Assembly (NCBI GenBank): GCA_002937995.1
Contig: PTLG01000002.1
Coordinates: 1-44,683 of the forward strand
Reading direction: 5' to 3'
Length of the DNA: 44,683 nucleotides
Source: Alphaproteobacteria bacterium MarineAlpha3_Bin7
Lineage (GTDB): Bacteria > Pseudomonadota > Alphaproteobacteria > Rhodospirillales > UBA2165
In this document: in pieces, positions 11,339 to 24,338 of the stretch
How the letters are laid out: every line of letters begins with the position of its first letter
Numbering within the stretch: the first letter of the stretch is position 1
Translations under genes and position numbers: made by a program
The notes under the pieces: generated by a model
What the model was told of the DNA's origin: nothing
The model's input: only the letters and a program-made list of their open reading frames with translations
The model's database searches: none

Positions 11339-13519
11339 ATGATAAAAAAAAATATTATCGAAGACGTATCAGTTTTGGTTCCTGTGAAGTTTGCGGGAGC
11401 CCTCACCTATAAAGTTGCCAAAGATCAAGACTTATCTGCAGGTGATTTTGTGTTAGTTCCCTTGGGTAGCAGAGAAGTAATTGGAGTGGTTTGGGATTCT
11501 CAAGTGGAATATTTGGAGGCTGATAAAAAAAAATATATTAAGGAAAAAATAGAAGTAGAGGCTTTACCAAGAGCTTCCAGACGTTTTATTGACTGGGTTG
11601 CAGAATATACAATGGCACCAAAGGGTTTGGTATTGAAGATGGCTATGAGTGTCCCGAAAGCGCTAGACAAACCAAAGTCAATACTAGGAGCTAGGTTAAA
11701 TCCGAGCTCAACAAAGATAAGAATGACTGAGTCTAGGAGAAGGGTATTAGCAATCGTCAATCCAGAGTCAGCGATACCATTGCAGGAACTTGCTAAGAAA
11801 GCAGCGGTATCTGTTTCTGTAATTACCAAACTACATCAATTGGGAAAATTAACTCTAGAAGAAATAATCTTACCTTCACCTTTTAGGGTGCCTGATTGGA
11901 CATCGCCAGGCCCTACTTTGTCTAATGAACAGGCTATAATATCGCAAGCCTTATCAACAGCGGTTGAAAAAAAGAAATTTGAAGTTTCACTATTGGAAGG
12001 TGTGCCTGGTTCAGGTAAAACCGAGGTATACACAGAGGCTATCTGTAAGGCATTAAGTTTGGGTAAACAGGCACTGGTATTGCTACCTGAAATTGCTCTA
12101 AGCACTCAATGGTTAACACGATTTAGACAAAGATTTGGCTGCGAGCCCATTGTATGGCACTCAGATTTAACAATTTCACAGCGCAAGGTAGCCTGGCGTT
12201 CAATAATTGAGGGTCGTGTTCAGGTAGTTGTGGGGGCTCGGTCTGCCCTATTTTTACCTTTTAAAAATTTAGGAATAGTTATTATAGATGAGGAACATGA
12301 TTCTTCCTTTAAACAGGAGGAGGGGGTTATATATAATGCCAGAGACATGGGTATAGTCCGCGCTAGGATCAGCGATATACCCGTATGTCTGGTGTCAGCT
12401 ACTCCTTCTCTGGAAACTCTTAACAATACAGACACAGGTAAATATAAACGGTTTAATTTAGAGCATAGATATTCGGGAGCTGGCATGCCTGAAATATCAA
12501 TTGTGGATATGCGTCACCAGCCACTAAAATCTAATAATTGGATCTCACCGGACCTTATAAAGATGCTTGGTGAAACTTTTGACTCAGGTCAACAAGCAAT
12601 GTTGTTTTTAAATCGTAGGGGATATGCTCCACTTACATTATGTAGAAAGTGTGGTTTCAGAGTTCACTGCCCTAATTGTTCTACCTGGTTAGTAGAACAC
12701 AAACTACTAGGTCGTTTGCAATGCCACCAGTGTGGCTACAGTTTGGTCGCTAGTAATATATGCTCAAACTGTGGAGCAGCTGATAGCATGGCAGCTTGTG
12801 GGCCTGGTGTCGAGAGAATAGCAGAAGAAGTAGACGCTATATTTCCGCGGGTTACTAAGGAAATAGTAACTAGTGACACACTTTCAGGTCCAAGTAGTAT
12901 ATCAGAGCTAGTTCAAAAAATTGAGGACTTAAGGGTCCAGCTACTAATAGGAACCCAAATAATAGCAAAGGGGTACCATTTTCCTGGCCTTACCTTGGTA
13001 GGTGTAGTAGACGCTGATCTTGGTCTTGCGGGGGGTGATTTAAGAGCGTCGGAGAGAACACATCAACTTTTATATCAGGTAGCTGGTAGATCTGGCAGAG
13101 CAGAAAATAGCGGTAAAGTGGTTATTCAAACCTACATGCCCGACAATCCGGTAATAAAGGCATTGGGTGATGGAAATAAGGAGGGTTTTCTGCATGCTGA
13201 GGCTAATGACCGCGAGAGCATGGGTATGCCCCCATTTGGAAGGTTAGTGGCATTAATAATATCATCAAAAGATAACAACGCTGCAGATGCAGTTGCTCGA
13301 GAGCTAAATAGAGTTGCCCCAAGGGATAACAATATAGAAATCCTTGGACCTGCTGAAGCACCATTGAGGATTCTAAGAGGTTGGTATCGAATTCGTTTTC
13401 TAGTTAAGTCGAAAAAGGAAGTTAACATACAGAAAAAAGTACGGAATTGGTTGGTGGGATGTAATATCCCAAGCAAAGTAAGGGTTATGGTCGATGTTGA
13501 TCCCGTTAATTTCTTGTGA
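11339..13519 (+). CDS. priA: Primosomal protein N' (replication restart helicase PriA)
   Basis: Walker A GVPGSGKTEVY, DEEH box IIDEEHD, and the double Cys zinc-binding insertion CRKCGFRVHCPNCSTWLVEH...LQCHQCGY...CSNCG. The start is ambiguous between TTG 11309 and ATG 11339. Confidence 0.92.
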   Translation: MIKKNIIEDVSVLVPVKFAGALTYKVAKDQDLSAGDFVLVPLGSREVIGVVWDSQVEYLEADKKKYIKEKIEVEALPRASRRFIDWVAEYTMAPKGLVLKMAMSVPKALDKPKSILGARLNPSSTKIRMTESRRRVLAIVNPESAIPLQELAKKAAVSVSVITKLHQLGKLTLEEIILPSPFRVPDWTSPGPTLSNEQAIISQALSTAVEKKKFEVSLLEGVPGSGKTEVYTEAICKALSLGKQALVLLPEIALSTQWLTRFRQRFGCEPIVWHSDLTISQRKVAWRSIIEGRVQVVVGARSALFLPFKNLGIVIIDEEHDSSFKQEEGVIYNARDMGIVRARISDIPVCLVSATPSLETLNNTDTGKYKRFNLEHRYSGAGMPEISIVDMRHQPLKSNNWISPDLIKMLGETFDSGQQAMLFLNRRGYAPLTLCRKCGFRVHCPNCSTWLVEHKLLGRLQCHQCGYSLVASNICSNCGAADSMAACGPGVERIAEEVDAIFPRVTKEIVTSDTLSGPSSISELVQKIEDLRVQLLIGTQIIAKGYHFPGLTLVGVVDADLGLAGGDLRASERTHQLLYQVAGRSGRAENSGKVVIQTYMPDNPVIKALGDGNKEGFLHAEANDRESMGMPPFGRLVALIISSKDNNAADAVARELNRVAPRDNNIEILGPAEAPLRILRGWYRIRFLVKSKKEVNIQKKVRNWLVGCNIPSKVRVMVDVDPVNFL

Positions 13520-13730
13520 AATAGGCTCCAGATATACTTGTTATAATTTGTTTAATTTTATGTACTTTTGGTACAATTAAGCTTGCTTGTCAGGTCTGCT
13601 TCAGTATGGTAAACAACGCTCGTTTTGGCATGTAGCCCTGCTATCTTTGAGCTCTGTGGTGGCCGGGTTTAAAGATGAATTTTAACTTTTGGGCGTTGGT
13701 TTTAATTTTCTAAAGTGAGGGTTTTCCGTA

Positions 13731-14291
13731 TTGGCAACGAATATAAAAGGCGTGACCGGTTTAACAGGGCGTTATGCAAGTGCGTTATTTGATTTGGCAG
13801 ATGAGAATAATGTCTTAGATGACGTAGCCAAGGATCTAAGTTTTTTGCAAGAGTTAATTGATGAAAGTGATGATTTATCTCGGATGATAAAATCTCCCAT
13901 TATTTCAAGGGACGACCAAACTAAGTCAATGATGGCAATTTTAGATAAGGGTAAGTTTAGTAATTTAACCAAGAAATTTATAGGGTTGATCTCTTCTAAT
14001 AGGAGGCTATTTGCCTTGAGAGGTATTATTGATGATTACCTCACTATTCTCTCTAATAAGAGAGGGGAGGTAACCGCTGATGTGGTTTCTGCTGTTCCGT
14101 TGAGTAAGGACCAGGAAGTAAAGATGCTAGAGAAACTTGACAGCGTAGTCCCAGGAGAAGTTAGTTTGCGTCTGAATGTAGACCCTGGTCTATTGGGGGG
14201 ATTGGTGGTTAAAATCGGCTCCCGTATGGTAGACTCATCTGTTTCCAGTAAATTACAAAGGTTGCGGTTAGCTATGAGAGGGATTGGTTAA
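13731..14291 (+). CDS. atpH: F0F1 ATP synthase subunit delta (OSCP)
   Basis: 186 aa with [12 protein letters not shown], typical of the OSCP family. TTG start, and first gene of atpHAGDC. Confidence 0.9.
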   Translation: MATNIKGVTGLTGRYASALFDLADENNVLDDVAKDLSFLQELIDESDDLSRMIKSPIISRDDQTKSMMAILDKGKFSNLTKKFIGLISSNRRLFALRGIIDDYLTILSNKRGEVTADVVSAVPLSKDQEVKMLEKLDSVVPGEVSLRLNVDPGLLGGLVVKIGSRMVDSSVSSKLQRLRLAMRGIG

Positions 14292-15826
14292 TGGATATAA
14301 AAGCAGCAGAGATTTCTGCAATATTAAAAGAACAAATAAATGATTTTGGCACGGAAACGGCAGTGTCCGAAGTCGGTCAGGTTTTATCTGTTGGTGATGG
14401 TATTGCAAGAATATATGGTTTGGACAATGTACAGGCAGGTGAGATGGTTGAGTTCCCTGGAGGTATAAAAGGGATGACGCTTAATTTAGAGGAAGACAAC
14501 GTGGGAGTTGTGATTTTCGGTGACGACAGAACTATCAAAGAAGGGGATACGGTAAATCGTACAAACGAAATAGTTGATGTACCTGTTGGAAAGGAGCTTT
14601 TGGGCCGAGTAGTGGACGCATTAGGAAATCCGATTGATGGTAAGGGGCCTATCAAATCTGAAACCCGCAATCTCATAGAGGTAAAGGCTCCTGGAATAAT
14701 CCCTAGAAAATCGGTACATGAACCAATGCAAACGGGTTTAAAAGCCATCGACAGTTTAATACCAGTTGGAAGGGGACAAAGGGAATTGATTATCGGTGAT
14801 CGACAAACTGGTAAAACAGCGATCATCGTTGATACAATCCTTAATCAGAAAAAGGCTAACGAGTCGGCTAAAAGTGACTCGGATAAATTATTTTGTATTT
14901 ATGTAGCAATAGGTCAAAAACGTTCTTCAGTGGCTCAACTGGTTAAAACACTGGAAGAGAGCGGTGCAATGGAATACTCCATAGTTGTTGCTGCAACGGC
15001 TTCTGAACCCGCACCCATGCAGTTTCTCGCTCCTTATACAGGTTGTACAATGGGAGAGTTTTTTAGAGATAATGGGATGCATGCCGTGATATTTTATGAC
15101 GATCTTACAAAGCAGGCAGTGGCTTATCGGCAAATGTCTTTGCTATTAAGGCGCCCTCCTGGCAGGGAAGCTTATCCAGGTGATGTGTTTTATTTACATT
15201 CTAGATTGTTAGAGCGCGCGGCAAAGATGAGTGATGAAGAGGGTGCCGGTTCATTAACCGCTCTGCCGGTAATTGAAACTCAGGCAAACGATGTTTCGGC
15301 TTATATACCGACAAATGTTATTTCCATAACTGATGGGCAGATTTTTCTTGAAACTGATTTGTTTTATAAGGGCATCAGGCCAGCTGTTAACGTCGGTCTA
15401 TCAGTTTCTCGAGTTGGATCAGCAGCCCAAGTTAAAGCAATGAAACAAGTAGCCGGCTCCATAAAGTTGGAGCTTGCACAGTACAGGGAAATGGAAGCTT
15501 TCTCACAGTTTGCTTCAGATCTTGACGCCTCAACTCAACAACTACTAGCCCGAGGCGCGCGTCTTACAGAGGTTTTAAAGCAACCTCAGTTTACACCTTA
15601 TTCTATGGAGGAACAGGTGGTTTCCATATTTTGTGGGGTAAATGGTTATTTGGACAAAATAGAAGTTGCGGATGTTGTTGATTTTGAAAAGTCGCTTCTT
15701 GATAGTATTAGGGAGAACGGAAAAGATATTTTAGAAGCAATTAGGGATGAAGGAGCCATCTCTGATGAAGTAGAAGAAAAATTAAAGAGCTTTATAGCTG
15801 ATTTTCTGAGTTCTTACTCTAGTTAA
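14291..15826 (+). CDS. atpA: F0F1 ATP synthase subunit alpha
   Basis: Walker [10 protein letters not shown] and a highly conserved alpha-subunit body. The start overlaps the atpH stop (TAATG). Confidence 0.98.
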   Translation: MDIKAAEISAILKEQINDFGTETAVSEVGQVLSVGDGIARIYGLDNVQAGEMVEFPGGIKGMTLNLEEDNVGVVIFGDDRTIKEGDTVNRTNEIVDVPVGKELLGRVVDALGNPIDGKGPIKSETRNLIEVKAPGIIPRKSVHEPMQTGLKAIDSLIPVGRGQRELIIGDRQTGKTAIIVDTILNQKKANESAKSDSDKLFCIYVAIGQKRSSVAQLVKTLEESGAMEYSIVVAATASEPAPMQFLAPYTGCTMGEFFRDNGMHAVIFYDDLTKQAVAYRQMSLLLRRPPGREAYPGDVFYLHSRLLERAAKMSDEEGAGSLTALPVIETQANDVSAYIPTNVISITDGQIFLETDLFYKGIRPAVNVGLSVSRVGSAAQVKAMKQVAGSIKLELAQYREMEAFSQFASDLDASTQQLLARGARLTEVLKQPQFTPYSMEEQVVSIFCGVNGYLDKIEVADVVDFEKSLLDSIRENGKDILEAIRDEGAISDEVEEKLKSFIADFLSSYSS

Positions 15827-15857
15827 GCCCAATTTATGAGCAAGAGTAATTTGATTA

Positions 15858-18186
<2,329 letters not shown>

Positions 18187-18190
18187 GTTT

Positions 18191-18622
18191 ATGGATACAG
18201 AATCGGGAAAGCTGAAGTTCGAGTTAGTGACGCCTAGTGCTGTTTTAGCTTCTGAAGAGGTGGATATGGTTGTAGTGCCTGGTACTGAGGGAGATCTTGG
18301 GGTTTTGCTAGGCCATTCTCCGCTACTTAGCAGTCTACGTCCAGGCCTGGTGGATGTTCACCAATCAGGCGAGGTCACAAAAAGTATTTTTATTGAGGGT
18401 GGTTTCGCAGATGTAACGGGTGAAAATTGTACGGTGGTAGCTTCAAAAGCGACGGATGTAGAGGAACTTCAGTCCGAATTATGTGACCAAAGATTATCGA
18501 ATGCTATTGAGAAATTGGAGTCAGATTCCGAGGGTATTGATAATGGTTTGAAGCGAGAGCTTGAGATTGCGGAGGCAATGGTTTTTTCTCAGAAGAACGG
18601 TAAAAATCGTCCAGTCGCCTAA
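18191..18622 (+). CDS. atpC: F0F1 ATP synthase subunit epsilon
   Basis: 143 aa with LKFELVTPSAVL...VVVPGTEGDLGVLLGHSPL, the last gene of the F1 operon. Confidence 0.93.
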   Translation: MDTESGKLKFELVTPSAVLASEEVDMVVVPGTEGDLGVLLGHSPLLSSLRPGLVDVHQSGEVTKSIFIEGGFADVTGENCTVVASKATDVEELQSELCDQRLSNAIEKLESDSEGIDNGLKRELEIAEAMVFSQKNGKNRPVA

Positions 18623-18779
18623 TAACATATGTTGTTCTTATTTAGTTAACATTTAACAGATACACTTTTTCAGTGTTTAGACTCTTGATAATACTCATTG
18701 CTGCTTTAGTTATGGCCTTTGTCGCAATGAATTCTAATGCTCGGTCACTTCTAAATAGTAAACTGCAGGCAAATATCGT

Positions 18780-19679
18780 TTATAGGTAGTCAACTAGCTT
18801 TTTTTGAGGCGTTACATTAGCTGTGCGAGTTTCGCTACGTGTTAGTAAAATACCACCAGTTATAATTATTGCTGTACCTAACCAAGTGTAAAGATCAGGA
18901 AATTGGTTAAATAAAATAAATCCAAACATAGTTGCCCATACCAGCCGGACATAAGAAACAGCTTCAACGACAGTTACTTCACCAAGCTTATAAGAATGTG
19001 TTTGTATTACATGTGCCAGGCTTCCACCAACTCCCATAAATAGTAGCCACAACCATATTTCTAATGGGGGCCATATCCAGAAAAACAATGAAGGTATAAA
19101 CGATGTTATAGTCACAATTAATGTCATATAAAATACGATAGTTATTGGGGCATCTGTTTTAGCTAACGATTTCATCATCAATTTAGACGTAGCAACAAGA
19201 ATTGCACTTCCAATAACTAATATCTCGCCTAGGCCTATAGATTGGAATCCCGGTCTGAGTACTACCAGCACTCCTATAAAACCTAGAGCAATGGCAAACC
19301 ATCTCCGAATTAGGGATGGTTCGGCTAAGAAAATTATCGCTCCTATTGAGAGGTATATGGGAACGGTAAAACTAAGCACTGTGGCTTCAGCAAGTGGTAT
19401 CATGGTAATTGCAATAAACCAACAAATCATAGAGGCTGAATGTATAACTCCCCGCAACCCATGAAATAGTGGCCTGTCGGTTCGTAATGGATTAGTTTTC
19501 GTTGCAATAAAAAATGGAGTGAGGGCTGCTAGTCCAAATAAACATCTAAAGAAGACTATTTGGAATGGGTGCATACCATCTTTTGCTACAATTATTACTA
19601 TTGAGTCTATTCCTGCCAGCATACCAACCGAGACAATCATCAGAAAAATGCTCAGTAGTAGTGGCGAAAGTATTTTCAT
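18780..19679 (-). CDS. DMT-superfamily (EamA-like) transporter
   Basis: 299 aa with about ten hydrophobic helices and a duplicated EamA-type architecture. Confidence 0.85.
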   Translation of the reverse strand: MKILSPLLLSIFLMIVSVGMLAGIDSIVIIVAKDGMHPFQIVFFRCLFGLAALTPFFIATKTNPLRTDRPLFHGLRGVIHSASMICWFIAITMIPLAEATVLSFTVPIYLSIGAIIFLAEPSLIRRWFAIALGFIGVLVVLRPGFQSIGLGEILVIGSAILVATSKLMMKSLAKTDAPITIVFYMTLIVTITSFIPSLFFWIWPPLEIWLWLLFMGVGGSLAHVIQTHSYKLGEVTVVEAVSYVRLVWATMFGFILFNQFPDLYTWLGTAIIITGGILLTRSETRTANVTPQKKLVDYL

Positions 19680-19720
19680 CTGATTATTTCTAGATTAGCC
19701 AAAGGGAAGAAAAATACTAC

Positions 19721-20116
19721 CTACTTATTTTTTAATTTAAGGCTAGCCGAGTTAATACAGTATCGAAGCCCAGTTGGCTCTGGCCCATCAGGGAAGACAT
19801 GCCCTAGGTGGGCATCGCATTTGGAGCACAAAACTTCGGTTCGGGTCATCCCAAAAGTTTGGTCAGTTTCGGTAAATACTGCCTCTTCTGTTGCAGGTTT
19901 TGTATAACTGGGCCAACCAGTGCCACTGTCAAACTTATCATCAGAGTCAAACAAAAGTTGACTACAACAAACACAGGAATATATTCCACTATCTTTGCTA
20001 TTGTGATATTCACCAGAGAATGCTCGTTCAGTTCCTTTTTCCCTCGTAATGTAATAGGTTTCTGGGTCTAAAAGGGACTTCCATTCTTTTTCAGATTTCT
20101 TGATTTTTTTATCCAT
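19721..20116 (-). CDS. msrB: Peptide-methionine (R)-S-oxide reductase
   Basis: [23 protein letters not shown]...GWPS and [16 protein letters not shown]...RYCINS (zinc CxxC pairs plus catalytic Cys). I chose the ATG at 20116 rather than the TTG at 20137. Confidence 0.93.
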   Translation of the reverse strand: MDKKIKKSEKEWKSLLDPETYYITREKGTERAFSGEYHNSKDSGIYSCVCCSQLLFDSDDKFDSGTGWPSYTKPATEEAVFTETDQTFGMTRTEVLCSKCDAHLGHVFPDGPEPTGLRYCINSASLKLKNK

Positions 20117-20268
20117 CTTTCTACTCTTTATTCCCAAATTAGTAAATTTTGGCGCATTAACTTATCAAAAGAGAGTTTCACATGATATGTTGGGTTAGTA
20201 AGAGTAGTTATACATAAAGAATAAAAGTTACGCACACAGTAAATAAACAATTATTTGGTGAAAATACT

Positions 20269-20628
20269 ATGGCTAATTCTGGGCTGCTGGGTCCATATCC
20301 TTTAGAAGAAAAGTATATAGTAAGGTTTGTTACTAAATCGGCAGATCGGAGTTCAGCATCAGTTTTTGCGCTAGGTAAAATTACTAATAAAAAATTCGTA
20401 ATAAAAAAGGTGTGTCATGCAGATGGGGACCTTTCCATGGTCCTTAAGGGCTATATGGGAACCTATGAGGCTTTCAGATTCAGGTTTTATAGATCTACGA
20501 GAAGTGCATTTAATAAACAGTGTCAGCTTTATCACCAGTTTAGTCCAAGTGACAATTTAGAGCACCCAACTAGACCCATAAATACTAGGTTCACATGTCC
20601 AGATCCTTCATGTATCTTATCTGGCTGA
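20269..20628 (+). CDS. Hypothetical 119-aa protein, possibly a degenerate small GIY-YIG-like domain protein
   Basis: A clean ORF in an intergenic-sized gap between msrB and uvrB. The pattern SVFALGK...FVIKKV...AFRFRFY...SAFNKQCQLYH...DNLEHPTRP...CPDPSC resembles, from memory, a widespread ~110-aa family annotated GIY-YIG nuclease, but with substitutions at key positions. There is no strong SD sequence. Confidence 0.4.
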   Translation: MANSGLLGPYPLEEKYIVRFVTKSADRSSASVFALGKITNKKFVIKKVCHADGDLSMVLKGYMGTYEAFRFRFYRSTRSAFNKQCQLYHQFSPSDNLEHPTRPINTRFTCPDPSCILSG

Positions 20629-20736
20629 AAGCTAGTGTCATTTTTGTATAGTCTAGGAATGTTGTCCAATGATGGAAAATATAAAACACCGCTGGAATAG
20701 TAGTCCATTGGTGTATATGGATTAATCTATCTATTT

Positions 20737-22872
20737 TCAATTCTTTCTTGCTTTTCTTTTTTTGCTTTTCTTATATTTAGCTGGTTTGTATTCAGCGGCC
20801 GCAGTCCTGGATACTCCAGACTTATTCAGTCCCAACTCAATTCCTTCGATCCTTCTGATTTCATCCCGGATTTTAGCTGCTTCCTCAAATTCGAGATTTG
20901 CGGCTGCATCGCTCATTTGATCATTTAGGTCTTTGATATAATTTTGATAATTATCACCAATCAAATTATCAGGAGCAATTGGACCTGTTTCGACAGTCAC
21001 ATAATCGGTTTCATAGACACTTTCAAGAACGTCACTTATTTCTTTTTTGATGCTCTCTGGTGTAATGCCATTTTTTTTATTGTAAGCTTTTTGCTTCTGT
21101 CTTCTCCGTTTTGTCTCATTGATAGCGTACTTTAAAGATTCTGTAAGTCTGTCGGCATATAAGATCACCCTTCCATCAATATTTCTAGCAGCTCTGCCAA
21201 TAGTCTGAACTAAGGAGGTTTTCGATCTCAAAAAACCTTCCTTGTCAGCATCGAGAATAGCAACTAGGGCACACTCGGGTATGTCCAGACCTTCTCGCAG
21301 CAGATTGATGCCAATTAGAACATCAAAGGCACCTAGTCTGAGATCTCGAATTATCTCAATCCTCTCTAGTGTATCAATATCAGAGTGAAGGTAGCGTACT
21401 CTTATACCTGCTTCATGCATGAATTCTGTCAGGTCTTCTGCCATTTTTTTTGTTAGTGTAGTTACTAATACTCGTTGATTTAGCTTTGAGCATGTCTTGC
21501 ATTCAGAAAGTAGGTCATCCACCTGATTTTCTACTGGTCTAATAAGGCACTGGGGGTCAATTAAACCAGTTGGTCTAACAACTTGTTCAACAAAAACCCC
21601 AGCCGTTGTTTCTAGCTCCCAAGGGCCAGGAGTGGCAGAAATATAGATAGTTTGAGGTCGCATTGCTTCCCATTCTTCGAATTTTAGAGGTCTATTATCT
21701 ATACATGAAGGGAGCCTAAAACCAAATTCTGCTAGCGTTGTTTTTCTATTAAAGTCCCCCCTGTACATACCGCCAAGTTGAGGAACTGTTACATGACTCT
21801 CATCCACTATTAAAAGTGCATTATCGGGCAAATATTCAAAGAGCGTTGGCGGCGGTTCTCCTGGTTGTCTGCCCGTGAGGTAGCGAGAGTAATTCTCTAT
21901 ACCCGAGCAAAACCCTGTCGTTTCAAGCATCTCTAAATCAAACGTAGTCCTTTCCTCGATTCTTTGTGCTTCAATAAGTTTTCCTTCTCCTTCAAACCAC
22001 GATACCCGTTCCTTAAGTTCTCTCTTAATTTTAGGGATTGCTTGTTGCAAGGTTGGTCTTGGGGTTACGTAGTGGCTTGCTGGGTATATTATTATTTCAT
22101 TCAGAGATAAAATTTTTTCACCGGTAAGAGGATCAATTTCCCAAATTCCTTCAAGCTCTTCACCAAACAAGCTCAGGCGCCATGCTCTGTCCTCAAGATG
22201 CGAAGGATAGATCTCAACTATGTCGCCCCTAACTCTAAAGGACCCTCGAAAAAAGGCCGTGTCGTTCCTATTATATTGCAGCTCTACAAATTTCTTTAAT
22301 AAAGTATTTCTTTCGATCTGGTCTCCAACTTCCAGTTTTATAGTCATTCTAGAGTATGTTTCCACGCCTCCTAAGCCATATATGCAGGAAACACTAGCTA
22401 CAATTATTACATCCTTTCTCTCCAGCAAGGCTCTGGTTGCAGAGTGTCTCATTTGGTCAATTTGTTCATTGATGGAGGCATCCTTTTCAACATATGTATC
22501 GGTGCGCGGTACATATGCCTCCGGCTGATAGTAGTCATAGTACGAAACAAAGTACTCCACGGAATTATTTGGGAAAAAATCTTTCATTTCTCCATAGAGT
22601 TGGGCAGCTAATGTTTTATTTGGGGCTAATACCAAGGTGGGGCGATTTACCTCTTGGATGACATGGGCAACTGTAAAAGTTTTTCCTGAGCCCGTAACAC
22701 CCAGCAAAACTTGGTCTTTATCAAGACCTTTAAGTCCCGCAACTAAATCGGAGATAGCATCTGGTTGGTCACCCGATGGAGTAAAGCTAGATATTACCTC
22801 CAACTTATTGTGTGTTGGTTTATTAGCAATGCTATTTTGCTTAACAATACTATCTTCAGTCTTTATTTCCAT
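20737..22872 (-). CDS. uvrB: Excinuclease ABC subunit B
   Basis: [10 protein letters not shown] Walker A, DESHVT box, helicase motifs, and the C-terminal UVR domain ([13 protein letters not shown]). Confidence 0.98.
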   Translation of the reverse strand: MEIKTEDSIVKQNSIANKPTHNKLEVISSFTPSGDQPDAISDLVAGLKGLDKDQVLLGVTGSGKTFTVAHVIQEVNRPTLVLAPNKTLAAQLYGEMKDFFPNNSVEYFVSYYDYYQPEAYVPRTDTYVEKDASINEQIDQMRHSATRALLERKDVIIVASVSCIYGLGGVETYSRMTIKLEVGDQIERNTLLKKFVELQYNRNDTAFFRGSFRVRGDIVEIYPSHLEDRAWRLSLFGEELEGIWEIDPLTGEKILSLNEIIIYPASHYVTPRPTLQQAIPKIKRELKERVSWFEGEGKLIEAQRIEERTTFDLEMLETTGFCSGIENYSRYLTGRQPGEPPPTLFEYLPDNALLIVDESHVTVPQLGGMYRGDFNRKTTLAEFGFRLPSCIDNRPLKFEEWEAMRPQTIYISATPGPWELETTAGVFVEQVVRPTGLIDPQCLIRPVENQVDDLLSECKTCSKLNQRVLVTTLTKKMAEDLTEFMHEAGIRVRYLHSDIDTLERIEIIRDLRLGAFDVLIGINLLREGLDIPECALVAILDADKEGFLRSKTSLVQTIGRAARNIDGRVILYADRLTESLKYAINETKRRRQKQKAYNKKNGITPESIKKEISDVLESVYETDYVTVETGPIAPDNLIGDNYQNYIKDLNDQMSDAAANLEFEEAAKIRDEIRRIEGIELGLNKSGVSRTAAAEYKPAKYKKSKKRKARKN

Positions 22873-23042
22873 AACTTCCTTTTAGGTTGCAAATCACGAT
22901 TAAATATCTTTTTTACTTTATTGCTTTTGAGCCTCTTATTTAGTTTATGTATAGTGGTTTATCAAAGTATCTATTATACTAATGTAATTGATCAAGTATA
23001 TTGCCTTTGACATACTCGGCAACTTTGGAAGTTCCAATTTTA

Positions 23043-24245
23043 ATGAAAATACTGGCTGAAAGAATTAATAAGATAGCTCCTTCTCCCACTATGGCCGTCA
23101 CGGCAAGAGCACGGGAACTTAAGGCAGCTGGGAAGGATATTATCGGCTTAGGTGCAGGAGAGCCGGATTTTGATACACCCGAACATGTCAAAGAGGCGGC
23201 CGTTAAGGCATTGGCAGATGGATATACTAAATATACCGATGTGCCTGGTTCGATAGAACTTAGAGAAGCTATTTGTAATAAGTTTCAAAGGGAAAATTCC
23301 TTGCGTTATACACCTGATCAGATTCAAGTTGGTTGTGGAGGAAAACAGAATATATTTAATGCTATTGTTGCCACAATAGAGGAGGGTGATGAGGTAATCG
23401 TGCCAGCGCCTTATTGGGTTTCATACCCAGATATTGTTTTGTTAGCGGGAGGTAATCCTATTGTCCTTCCATGCTCAATCGAAAATAATTTTAAAATCAA
23501 TCCAGAACAGTTGGACGCTGTTATTACTCCAAAAACTAAGTGGTTAATATTAAATTCACCAAGCAACCCAACTGGAGCAGCATATACTAAAGAAGAAATT
23601 AAAGGCTTAGCAAAAGTTTTAGTTCAACATCCGCATGTCTGGATAATGACGGATGATATCTATGAGCATATCTTATATGATGGTTTTGAATTTTCTACCA
23701 TAGCCGAGGTAGAGCCTCAGTTATATGATCGAACATTGACTTTGAATGGCCTATCAAAGGCTTTTTCCATGACTGGTTGGCGTGTGGGATATGCTGCAGG
23801 ACCAGTTGGGTTAATTAAAGCAATGAATAAAATACAATCTCAAAGTACCTCACATACTAGCTCAATTTCACAGGCTGCTTCTATTGCTGCTCTAAATGGT
23901 CCGATGGATTTTTTGGTAGAACGTAATCAAGTATTTATGGAAAGGCGAGATTTGGTAGTTGAGGCCTTGTCGAGCATAAAGGGTTTTAAATGCTTAAAGC
24001 CCGAAGGCGCATTTTATGTTTATCCCGACTGTAGTGGCGTAATTGGGAAAAAGTCGCCCGAGGGGCATGAAATTAAAGATGACTCAGATTTAGCGACATA
24101 TCTCTTAGAGGCAGCAGGTGTTGCTGTTGTATTTGGGGAGGCCTTTGGTTTATCGCCGTTTTTTAGAATTTCTTATGCAACAGGCACAGATTTGTTAGAA
24201 GATGCTTGTCAGCGAATAGCGGAAGCTTGTTCTGATCTGAACTAA
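23043..24245 (+). CDS. Pyridoxal-phosphate-dependent aspartate aminotransferase (class I)
   Basis: GLGAGEPDFDTP, NSPSNPTGA, and the PLP-lysine motif LSKAFSMTGWRVGY. I chose ATG 23043 (MKILAERINK...) over the track start at 23001. Confidence 0.9.
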   Translation: MKILAERINKIAPSPTMAVTARARELKAAGKDIIGLGAGEPDFDTPEHVKEAAVKALADGYTKYTDVPGSIELREAICNKFQRENSLRYTPDQIQVGCGGKQNIFNAIVATIEEGDEVIVPAPYWVSYPDIVLLAGGNPIVLPCSIENNFKINPEQLDAVITPKTKWLILNSPSNPTGAAYTKEEIKGLAKVLVQHPHVWIMTDDIYEHILYDGFEFSTIAEVEPQLYDRTLTLNGLSKAFSMTGWRVGYAAGPVGLIKAMNKIQSQSTSHTSSISQAASIAALNGPMDFLVERNQVFMERRDLVVEALSSIKGFKCLKPEGAFYVYPDCSGVIGKKSPEGHEIKDDSDLATYLLEAAGVAVVFGEAFGLSPFFRISYATGTDLLEDACQRIAEACSDLN

Positions 24246-24338
24246 ACAATCTCTAGGTGGTCTGCGGACATATTGGAATAGAGAAACAATAACTGGGTGT
24301 TTTTATATATCATAAACATAATAGATGCAGTGAAGTAA

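Noticed and set aside
11344-11533. Two A9 homopolymer runs early in priA, considered as slippage or phase-variation sites
   Set aside because: Both are read through in frame as Lys-rich segments (IKKN, DKKKY), and such runs are expected in an AT-rich genome. There is no frameshift to see.
13520-13730. 210-bp spacer upstream of atpH, examined for a small RNA, leader or small ORF
   Set aside because: It contains only very short ORFs (<=10 codons). By eye there is no extended stem-loop or recognisable riboswitch motif, so it is most simply the atp promoter/5' UTR region.
14377-14826. 149-aa antisense ORF inside atpA. Similar long antisense ORFs occur at 43141..43563 in murA, 28613..29044 in the SbmA-like gene, 11500..11829 in priA and 37069..37419 in the SDR gene.
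   Set aside because: All are Ser/Pro/Thr/Ile-rich mirror frames of strongly conserved genes. This is the usual shadow-ORF artefact, with no independent evidence.
18673-18789. Possible 38-aa hydrophobic ORF (VFRLLIILIAALVMAFVAMNSNARSLL...) downstream of atpC
   Set aside because: No SD sequence, a GTG start and an overlap with the 3' end of the convergent DMT gene. The evidence is not enough to call it.
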